Virus record (IMG/VR): IMGVR_UViG_3300023174_006980
Span: 1-64,000 of that record
Origin: a virus
Direction: 5' to 3' (one strand)
Length of the DNA stretch: 64,000 nt
The notes beneath the pieces are model-generated. The model was not told the DNA's origin. It saw nothing but the letters and a program-made list of their open reading frames with translations, and searched no databases. The position numbers and the translations under genes are program-made. The stretch's first letter is position 1; each line of letters opens with the position of its first letter. Of this stretch, positions 52,097-58,826 are shown piece after piece.

Positions 52097-54025
52097 ATGT
52101 CAGGAATAAAACATTTAAGCGAAATATACAAAAAACAAGGATCACAATTTTTGGATGATCTTTTTGGAAGAGAGGTTACCGTTACAGAAAAACTAAACGG
52201 AATGTCATTCTCTTTTGAAAGAAGTTTATTGGATGGAACTATCTATTTTTATAAAAGGGATCAAAACAATCCCATATCTAAGATAGACAGAGTACTGATG
52301 CAACAGTATGATGATCCAATCTACCATATAAAAAATCTTCCAGAATCTGTTTTAAGTGAAATTCCTGCCGGATGGAGATTTGGCATGGAATATTTTTATA
52401 GCAATAATCCAATCTCTATAGCGTATCAAAGAACCCCTTTAAATGGACTGGTTCTTACACACATCTCTGTTAAGAATGAATTTGGAGATTTGGAGAGAAC
52501 CATAGTTGATAAGGAGGAGCTTGATTACTGGGCGGATATGATAGGAGTGGAAGGACCCCCTATTATTTTTCAAGGTGAACTAACGGATGAGCAAAAAGTT
52601 GCTATTAATGATTTTGTGAACTCACCCAATGATACTCTAAAGAAGGATCACGGAACTTATAGTTTTGCAAAATATCTGATCACAGTTTTAAACCCTAAAA
52701 TAGACAAATCATTTCTGAATAATTCTTTAGATGAACCTATAGAAGGAGTGGTTTTTAGATTTGGTAAACTAGACGGAACTGGAGAGGCTTTCACAGCTAA
52801 AATATTGGACCCAATTTTTGATGATATCACAAAACAAAATAACCTTAAAAAAAGAAGTTATTTTCCTAGTGACATATATGGAATTACAATTTTAGATGTA
52901 ATGAATTTTATACTTGATAAAGGAGTGGATTCGTTTGCGTATGAAGGAAGTGAACCATCTGATAGATACATCACTTATATTTGTTCCGTATTTAATCAAT
53001 TTATAGAGAAGTACGGTGAGAGGTATTTGGGATTAGACTTCCAGGAGCCAGACTATTTAAAATCTGAAAAATCATCATTTAATTTGGATTTAATACCTGA
53101 TGAGGAAACTAAGAAGATAATCTCTGATGATGAAAGCTATAAATCTTTTTTTAAACTTATTCTTTCTGCATTTAGAAAGATCAAAAAGAAGGAAGGCGGA
53201 TTTTTCACTAAAGGAGCTATAGATCAGTTTAATTTGCTTGTTAGAGAAATAACAGAATATCTTAATAGAGAAACCACTGTTACAGAATCAGCTATACCAA
53301 CTTTCGATCAGTTTAGACAGGTTAAAAAAGTTTTTAAACCTATACCGGAAGAGGAGCCAGAAGAGGAGCCAGAAGAGGAGCCAGAAGAGGAATCAGAGGT
53401 TAAAAATGAAAAGCCAGTTGAGATCGAAAAGGATGAAGAAATTGAAAGCTCAGATGATGCTGAGCTAGATCCTATAAGATCTGCAGTAATCTCTCACGAT
53501 CTTGCACAACAGACGGAGGGAGATCCAGTTAATCTTGTAATAGGAAAATTTAATCCATTTCATAATGGCCACTATAAATTAATAAAAAAAGCAAAGGACC
53601 ATAATGGATTGCCTGTTGTTGTTTTTGTTATTAATCAAGGTAAAGGATTCTTAGATAATGATATGATGACTAAGATGATGGATTTAGTTTCCTCCGAGAT
53701 GCAAGATTCCATTAAATCCGTTAAATTTGTAGATAATGATCTTTTATCAACAGTTGTGGATAATCTTGATGATGACTGTATCCCAAAGACCTTAACAGTT
53801 GGGAAAAAAAGATTGGACAATTATCTACTACAAAGTAGATCACTTAAGAAAAAGAATAAGATACCAAAAGAATTTTTGATACAGACAGCTCCAGATTGGG
53901 TTACCTCAAATCAGGTTAAAACCATATTAGATAATGAGGATTATTTAGATTTTAAGAAAAATGTGCCTAAATCAATATATCCACTCTGGGAAGAAATAAG
54001 AAGGTCTTACACTAAGAAAAAATAA
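52097..54025 (+). CDS. RNA-ligase-like nucleotidyltransferase fused to an HxGH (cytidylyltransferase-like) domain
   Basis: Motif I VTEKLNG, motif IV EGVVF and motif V TAKI; acidic linker; C-terminal IGKFNPFHNGH. Confidence 0.7.
   Translation: MSGIKHLSEIYKKQGSQFLDDLFGREVTVTEKLNGMSFSFERSLLDGTIYFYKRDQNNPISKIDRVLMQQYDDPIYHIKNLPESVLSEIPAGWRFGMEYFYSNNPISIAYQRTPLNGLVLTHISVKNEFGDLERTIVDKEELDYWADMIGVEGPPIIFQGELTDEQKVAINDFVNSPNDTLKKDHGTYSFAKYLITVLNPKIDKSFLNNSLDEPIEGVVFRFGKLDGTGEAFTAKILDPIFDDITKQNNLKKRSYFPSDIYGITILDVMNFILDKGVDSFAYEGSEPSDRYITYICSVFNQFIEKYGERYLGLDFQEPDYLKSEKSSFNLDLIPDEETKKIISDDESYKSFFKLILSAFRKIKKKEGGFFTKGAIDQFNLLVREITEYLNRETTVTESAIPTFDQFRQVKKVFKPIPEEEPEEEPEEEPEEESEVKNEKPVEIEKDEEIESSDDAELDPIRSAVISHDLAQQTEGDPVNLVIGKFNPFHNGHYKLIKKAKDHNGLPVVVFVINQGKGFLDNDMMTKMMDLVSSEMQDSIKSVKFVDNDLLSTVVDNLDDDCIPKTLTVGKKRLDNYLLQSRSLKKKNKIPKEFLIQTAPDWVTSNQVKTILDNEDYLDFKKNVPKSIYPLWEEIRRSYTKKK
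53345..53391 (+). repeat. 12-bp coding tandem repeat (PEEE), about 4 copies
   Basis: cc[ga]gaagaggag repeated. Confidence 0.9.
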
Positions 54026-54028
54026 TTT

Positions 54029-54054
54029 AAACCCCTAATAAAATAGGGGTTTTT
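54029..54054 (+). terminator. Rho-independent terminator
   Basis: AAACCCCTA-ataaaa-TAGGGGTTT followed by T's, just after stop 54025. Confidence 0.8.
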
Positions 54055-54076
54055 CTTGAGTACTATTTTTGTTTTG

Positions 54077-54084
54077 AATATATA
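54077..54084 (+). promoter_or_regulatory. AATATATA variant of the late box
   Basis: Lies after the terminator and 12 nt upstream of ATG 54097. Confidence 0.5.
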
Positions 54085-54096
54085 AAGAAAAAACTA

Positions 54097-54636
54097 ATGA
54101 AGTTTATAAAGAATTTTTCAAATTATTTGGTTAATGAAAAAGCTGGATATGGTAACGACTATTTTGTAGAGAAGAAAGTAGATAAGTCGCTTTATTATTT
54201 CTTTAAAGCTGGCTCTGGTGATGAAGTTGAGGGAATAATAATAAAGATAGGAAAGTTTTCAAAAAATTCTGTTATATCAGATGCTGAGAAAACATATTGC
54301 GTAGTACATATAGAACAAATAGATCCTAACGATCTGGATGATTACTTAGTCAACGACAGTGAGTACAAATCTAATGAGGATGAGAAATTCACAATTTCTA
54401 GAGATCTTTTAAATGAAACATTCTCTATATACAAAAAAGCATTGGATGATTATTTATCTAAAAATCCTAAGGTAACAAAGATCTATGACGAGATCCTTGA
54501 AAATCTAGAAATGCCTATTGATGATTATAGGGAGTACATAGAGCAAGTAGTAAAATCTTGGTCTAAAAGAAGATGGAAAATACAGGACGGGCCATCACAA
54601 AATGTCCTAATCTACACCAAAGTATCTCATGGATAA
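54097..54636 (+). CDS. Hypothetical protein with CTS-like N-terminus
   Basis: MKFIKNFSNYLVNE. Confidence 0.6.
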   Translation: MKFIKNFSNYLVNEKAGYGNDYFVEKKVDKSLYYFFKAGSGDEVEGIIIKIGKFSKNSVISDAEKTYCVVHIEQIDPNDLDDYLVNDSEYKSNEDEKFTISRDLLNETFSIYKKALDDYLSKNPKVTKIYDEILENLEMPIDDYREYIEQVVKSWSKRRWKIQDGPSQNVLIYTKVSHG

Positions 54637-54949
54637 TTTAAAAAGATATAGCCAGTTTGTTAATGAGTCTCTGACACCTGTAATGTACATGAGTGTTAAG
54701 AATGAGCTTAAAAATTCGGTTGTTAAGTTTCTTTATGAAAAGGGGCAGGCAACAAGGAAAGAGATATTTGAATTTAGTGCAACGCTTGGGGAAAGTGGAG
54801 CATCTATAGATAGAAGATGGATGTCTAGAAATAAGCAATTAATTAAATGCCTAGTTTCAGAGGATGGCCCTAATCAATATGTGCTTACTAGATTAGGTAA
54901 GAGATTTGCAAAAAACCTCATTGTAAACGAAACAAAAAAGGCTAAATAG
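54629..54949 (+). CDS. Winged-helix-like protein with CTS-like N-terminus
   Basis: MDNLKRYSQFVNE; C-terminal YVLTRLGKRFA wing motif. Confidence 0.55.
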   Translation: MDNLKRYSQFVNESLTPVMYMSVKNELKNSVVKFLYEKGQATRKEIFEFSATLGESGASIDRRWMSRNKQLIKCLVSEDGPNQYVLTRLGKRFAKNLIVNETKKAK

Positions 54950-54956
54950 ATATAAT
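54929..54956 (+). promoter_or_regulatory. GAAAC-N17-TATAAT candidate promoter for the Hc1-like gene
   Basis: GAAAC at 54929-54933 and TATAAT at 54951-54956. Confidence 0.45.
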
Positions 54957-54970
54957 AAATAAATATTTTT

Positions 54971-55153
54971 ATGGAAAATTACGAAAAATTAGTTGCATTA
55001 GTTGAGTCTATGAAAGAAAACATCGATAAGTTTTTTGTTAAAGGAAACAAATCGGCAGGAACTAGAGTTAGAACTCAATGTCAAGATTTAAAGAAATTAG
55101 CTCAAGAACTTCGTTTGGATGTTCAGAATTCTAAAAAAGAGGCGGGGGAATAA
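54971..55153 (+). CDS. Histone H1-like (Hc1 family) small protein
   Basis: KGNKSAGTRVR...LKKLAQELR matches the Hc1 N-terminal helical hairpin, a family common in Bacteroidota. Confidence 0.75.
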   Translation: MENYEKLVALVESMKENIDKFFVKGNKSAGTRVRTQCQDLKKLAQELRLDVQNSKKEAGE

Positions 55154-55201
55154 GAATTATCTCCTGTTATTGAAACAAGTGCCTTTTCCAACACTTTAAT
55201 G

Positions 55202-55209
55202 GATATATA
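55202..55209 (+). promoter_or_regulatory. GATATATA box (candidate late promoter)
   Basis: Exact motif upstream of ATG 55222. Confidence 0.6.
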
Positions 55210-55221
55210 AAATATTAATTT

Positions 55222-55437
55222 ATGGCTTATTATCAATGCAAAGTTACTTTTGACTCAGGTGAGGTCAACAAGCAAGGAAAGGCAGTTATCACCAAAACAG
55301 TTATGTTAGTTGAAGCTACAGGTGTTACCGAAGCTGAAGCTAGAGTGGCTAATCACTTAAAGTCCGATATAATGGATTTCGAAGTGACTTCAGTTTCACT
55401 CTCCAACATAGAATCTGTTTTGCAAGAAAGAGATTAA
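55222..55437 (+). CDS. DUF4494-like protein
   Basis: YYQCKV...LVEA..VTEAEARV...FEVTSV..SNI pattern. Confidence 0.7.
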   Translation: MAYYQCKVTFDSGEVNKQGKAVITKTVMLVEATGVTEAEARVANHLKSDIMDFEVTSVSLSNIESVLQERD

Positions 55438-55439
55438 CT

Positions 55440-55640
55440 ATGAAACCAAAAAAGTCTCCTGTAAAAGAATCTAAAAAAGAAGGCGGATCTGCTGATATGT
55501 CAAATTATGAGGTACCAGACAGCCCTGTTAAAATACCAGATAACGACACTGGATTTGCTCTTGTTAAGAAAAATTACAGGAGATTTATTTGGACAATGGA
55601 TGAGCATTCAAAGAAAAGGGTTTCAGGAAAGGATAAATAG
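55440..55640 (+). CDS. Small hypothetical protein
   Basis: 66-aa ORF in the operon. Confidence 0.6.
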   Translation: MKPKKSPVKESKKEGGSADMSNYEVPDSPVKIPDNDTGFALVKKNYRRFIWTMDEHSKKRVSGKDK

Positions 55641-55652
55641 AAGAAAATATTT

Positions 55653-56003
55653 ATGCTAAACGAAAAGGCTGCTTCTAAAACCCAACAAAGACTATTCGGT
55701 CAGGCATACGGTGTTAAAGTTTTTAGAATAACCGATGGCAAAAAAGGTGTAGATCCCAAAGACATTAATCCCAGATATAAGAAAGAGATAATCAAATTAT
55801 CCAATAGCATGTCCTTAGCCAAGCTAAAAGAGTTTGCCCATACCAAACATAAGGACTTACCTGAAGAGGTGAAAGAAGGCGTCCTAAAGGACATATACTA
55901 TAAGTTAAGCCCAGAGGCAGAATACGAACCAGAAAGTGAAAAAGAAAGAAAAATGGGCAATCTTGCTGATTACAGAGAATATATAAAAAAGAATAAAAAA
56001 TAA
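55653..56003 (+). CDS. DUF3008-like small basic protein
   Basis: KAASKTQQRLFG.A...SMSLAKLKEFAHTKHKDLP; N-terminal LNE and C-terminal NLADYREYI. Confidence 0.55.
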   Translation: MLNEKAASKTQQRLFGQAYGVKVFRITDGKKGVDPKDINPRYKKEIIKLSNSMSLAKLKEFAHTKHKDLPEEVKEGVLKDIYYKLSPEAEYEPESEKERKMGNLADYREYIKKNKK

Positions 56004-56009
56004 TCACAT

Positions 56010-56486
56010 ATGTCAGAAAAAATTAACGAAGACTGTGGATGTGGTGGTGCATCAAATCCAAATCCAATTCAATCACAACAAGCATTTCAAACCACAACAG
56101 ATCCCAATGTGGGAAAGTTTGCAACCCTTGCGGATGGAAGAACAGGAACTATAAATGATTCTATCAGAAATTCAACTGGGCAGATTATAGGGTATGTCTT
56201 AAATAATGATAAAGGTGCTTTTAGAGTTTTTAAAGATAAGGTAACAAGAATCACAGAGAGCGAAGGTGCAATGGCTAGCTTGGAAGCAACACCTGGCATG
56301 GGCGAAGTAGCTCCTCCAACAAGGACTAGCACAGGATCAGGTGATCAATTCCCAAGTCTAACTGCAGGAACCCCAGCAGCTAAAGGTAAAAAAGCTAAGA
56401 CAAATAAAACATCAGATGAAAAGGTAGATAAAAAAGCCTTACTGAGTTGGAACGATTTTAAAAGTAAAATGACTAAATTTCAATAA
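56010..56486 (+). CDS. Hypothetical protein (candidate internal head protein)
   Basis: MSEKINEDCGCG; C-terminal LLSWNDF; AATATATA at 55978-55985 upstream. Confidence 0.55.
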   Translation: MSEKINEDCGCGGASNPNPIQSQQAFQTTTDPNVGKFATLADGRTGTINDSIRNSTGQIIGYVLNNDKGAFRVFKDKVTRITESEGAMASLEATPGMGEVAPPTRTSTGSGDQFPSLTAGTPAAKGKKAKTNKTSDEKVDKKALLSWNDFKSKMTKFQ

Positions 56487-56488
56487 CA

Positions 56489-56518
56489 AAAAAGCCAAAT
56501 CCTAGGATTTGGCTTTTT
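56489..56518. terminator. Bidirectional terminator (perfect 30-bp palindrome)
   Basis: AAAAAGCCAAATCCT|AGGATTTGGCTTTTT between convergent genes. Confidence 0.85.
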
Positions 56519-56536
56519 AAATTGTGTGGTATTATT

Positions 56537-56929
56537 TTATAGTATTGTTCTATCAAAGAAAAATCTTACGCCGCCTCCATAAGGTGCATTAACAGTTTTA
56601 TCCTTTGGTTGGTTTTCAAATTCTGTAGCATTTTTTCCAAAATCATATGACATATCAGAACTTAGGTAGATAAGCATTAAATCCTGGTCTTTATATCGAA
56701 AAGCGACAAGATATTTACCCCAATTTTCCCCGTAATCGTCACCTCCACTATCCGGCTTAAGCACGTCTGTTCGTTTTATTTCATAGTCTTTAAATTGAAA
56801 TAAATCTTTTAATTTATCCTCTAATGTATCAAAGGGTATATAATCCCTATTTAATTCTATCCAATCATCTAACTCTGCTATTTTATTCTCAATGTCTTGA
56901 AAATTTTCAAATAGTTTTAAATAGTTCAT
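56537..56929 (-). CDS. Hypothetical protein with CTS-like N-terminus
   Basis: MNYLKLFENF. Confidence 0.6.
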   Translation of the reverse strand: MNYLKLFENFQDIENKIAELDDWIELNRDYIPFDTLEDKLKDLFQFKDYEIKRTDVLKPDSGGDDYGENWGKYLVAFRYKDQDLMLIYLSSDMSYDFGKNATEFENQPKDKTVNAPYGGGVRFFFDRTIL

Positions 56930-56930
56930 A

Positions 56931-57065
56931 TTATTTTTTCTTTTTATTATCCTTTACACAATTAGGAACTTTCTGGCCATCCTTCATTTTCATTCCTATC
57001 TGCTTGTAGCCTTTCCAGCAAGGATTCTTTTTCTCAAATAAAAATTGTTCGTAAGTTAGTATCAT
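56931..57065 (-). CDS. Unannotated 44-aa protein MILTYEQFLFEKKNPCWKGYKQIGMKMKDGQKVPNCVKDNKKKK
   Basis: Hand-translated. ATG at 57065; TAA at 56933-56931, 1 nt before the next gene's ATG; GATATATA box 5 nt upstream. Confidence 0.8.
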   Translation of the reverse strand: MILTYEQFLFEKKNPCWKGYKQIGMKMKDGQKVPNCVKDNKKKK

Positions 57066-57070
57066 GTTAC

Positions 57071-57078
57071 TATATATC
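57071..57078 (-). promoter_or_regulatory. GATATATA box (candidate late promoter) on the minus strand
   Basis: TATATATC on the + strand. Confidence 0.6.
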
Positions 57079-57113
57079 TATTGCCAAATGTAGGAATCAT
57101 GCCTAAAATTTTC

Positions 57114-57183
57114 GACAGTATTTCATCCGATGCTATTAACATATGACAAAATGTCTTAATAAGTACGGAGGCATTCTTTTTGA
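57114..57183 (+). promoter_or_regulatory. Candidate sigma54-like (-24/-12) promoter with upstream GACA-N3-TGTC palindromes for hsp20
   Basis: AGGCAT-TCTTT-TTGA at 57169-57183; GACAAAATGTC at 57145-57155; GACAGTATTTC at 57114-57124. Confidence 0.4.
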
Positions 57184-57213
57184 GTCTCTATAGTTAATAT
57201 AATAATATTTACT

Positions 57214-57561
57214 ATGATTAGAAGTTTATTTCCAAACCATGTTTTCGATCTTTACACAGATCTAGATTCACAATTAGAATCTTATCTTCCTGTAGAAAAT
57301 GGAACACTTACTTTAGATGTTCCTGGCTTTTCAAAAAAAGACCTATCTCTTGAAATTGATAAGAGCCTAGGACTTTTATCTGTTATAGGGGAAAAAGAAA
57401 TTAATGGAAAGAAAAGAAAAGTCAACAAATCTATAAGGCACCAAAAACTAAGAACTGTAGATCTTGATAAGGTTGAAGCAAAAGTTCAAGATGGTGTACT
57501 AACTGTCTTCATTAAAGAATTAGAAATTAAAGAGACTAAAAGACAAATTTCTTTAAACTAG
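57214..57561 (+). CDS. Small heat shock protein Hsp20
   Basis: LDVPGFSKKDL...LSVIGE...VEAKVQDGVLTV...RQISLN alpha-crystallin pattern. Confidence 0.9.
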   Translation: MIRSLFPNHVFDLYTDLDSQLESYLPVENGTLTLDVPGFSKKDLSLEIDKSLGLLSVIGEKEINGKKRKVNKSIRHQKLRTVDLDKVEAKVQDGVLTVFIKELEIKETKRQISLN

Positions 57562-57567
57562 TTTCTT

Positions 57568-57575
57568 TATATTTG
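57568..57575 (+). promoter_or_regulatory. Bacteroidota housekeeping -7 box TAnnTTTG
   Basis: TATATTTG 4 nt upstream of GTG 57580; no clean -33 TTTG seen. Confidence 0.35.
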
Positions 57576-57579
57576 GTGT

Positions 57580-57966
57580 GTGGAAAAGATTGATCTAATA
57601 CAAACACATTATCTTGAGGATCCCTGGAAAATCATGATTTCCTGCATCCTCCTAAACCAGACTACTAATATACAAGTTAGACCTGTTATTATAGATCTGT
57701 TCAATCGTTTTCCCACACCAAATTCTATTACAGAATCAGATGAATTCGAAATAGCAAGTATTATAAGAAGTACTGGGTTTCAAAATGTAAAAGCAAGAAG
57801 AATTATAGCTTTCACACAAAGCTGGAATTCAGGAGAAAGAAACCCTGAAAAATTTCCAGGAATTGGTCCATATGCTAGGGACTCTTGGAAAATCTTTGTT
57901 GAGGGTATTACTGATATATTTCCCACTGACAAGAAGCTAAAAATCTATTTAGCTCAACTCCCTTAA
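57580..57966 (+). CDS. HhH-GPD DNA glycosylase, MBD4-like
   Basis: DPWKIMISCILLNQT, FPTP, HhH FPGIGPYARDSWKIF and PTDKKL..YL. GTG start. Confidence 0.85.
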   Translation: MEKIDLIQTHYLEDPWKIMISCILLNQTTNIQVRPVIIDLFNRFPTPNSITESDEFEIASIIRSTGFQNVKARRIIAFTQSWNSGERNPEKFPGIGPYARDSWKIFVEGITDIFPTDKKLKIYLAQLP

Positions 57967-58006
57967 TTTTTTAGAAATTTATTTTATTTGCTGTAATATA
58001 AATTAC

Positions 58007-58780
58007 ATGGATAAAAATATTATTGTTGTGCAAAATGCTTATGAAGATATTACACATACTGCACAGAGCATATCATCAATTAGGGAAGCTGCACATAGAT
58101 GGGGTGTTAATTTTTATGAAATAACACATAAACAATTTCCAAGATCCCCCTATCCTACAGGAAGAGATAGGTTTTGGACTTATGAGGAATTTAAAAGCTA
58201 TGATAAGGTTTTAGCGCTTGATGCTGATATCATTATTAATTCTAAAGCCCCAAATATATTTGATGAGCTGACCGAAGATTATGATTTATGTGGGGTTCTT
58301 GATGGAAATCCTGGTGGTAGATTTAAGCATAATGATTCTTTTTTAAGAGATACATTATCTAGAAGAGCAGCTTTTATCTGTGACACAGAAAATGTCTTTA
58401 AAAATTGCATACCTAATTTTGATATAAATAAATATTGGGATAATTATATTAATACAGGGGTTGTACTTTTTAGACCCGAAAAAATTTATGATATAGCTCA
58501 AAAATTTAAGGATATAGTTCTAAATTCAGAGGAAATGCATTCATACTTTAATATCAAGAGTGGATCTTGGTTTTCTGATCAAAATATTTTTAACGGGTTA
58601 GTCTCAGTCTCTAATCTTAGATTAAAAATACTAGCTAATGAATGGAATTGGATACTTCCTGATATACAGGAGGAATGGAGAGATGATTTTTATCTTGGCC
58701 CGATGAAGCCTTGGATTTATCATTTTTGCGGAACACCTAATTCTAAGGATGACTTAAGAACCTATGATCGGTGGAAATAA
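58007..58780 (+). CDS. Glycosyltransferase, GT8-like (GT-A fold)
   Basis: YDKVLALDADII (DxD), YINTGVVLF, SDQNIFN, EWNW and IYHFCG. Confidence 0.85.
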   Translation: MDKNIIVVQNAYEDITHTAQSISSIREAAHRWGVNFYEITHKQFPRSPYPTGRDRFWTYEEFKSYDKVLALDADIIINSKAPNIFDELTEDYDLCGVLDGNPGGRFKHNDSFLRDTLSRRAAFICDTENVFKNCIPNFDINKYWDNYINTGVVLFRPEKIYDIAQKFKDIVLNSEEMHSYFNIKSGSWFSDQNIFNGLVSVSNLRLKILANEWNWILPDIQEEWRDDFYLGPMKPWIYHFCGTPNSKDDLRTYDRWK

Positions 58781-58826
58781 AATAAATTGTTTGAAACAAC
58801 ACTAATCCTATTGCATAAAGATCTAT

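Noticed and set aside
51668-57966. TAG recoding (code 15) or readthrough: the TAG stops at 52093, 55640 and 57561 are each followed in frame, with no stop, by the next gene
   Set aside because: About 45 kb of structural genes read as long ORFs with no internal TAG, Hsp20 ends at its natural IxI-type C-terminus, and 3 of 6 TAG stops being in frame is compatible with chance.
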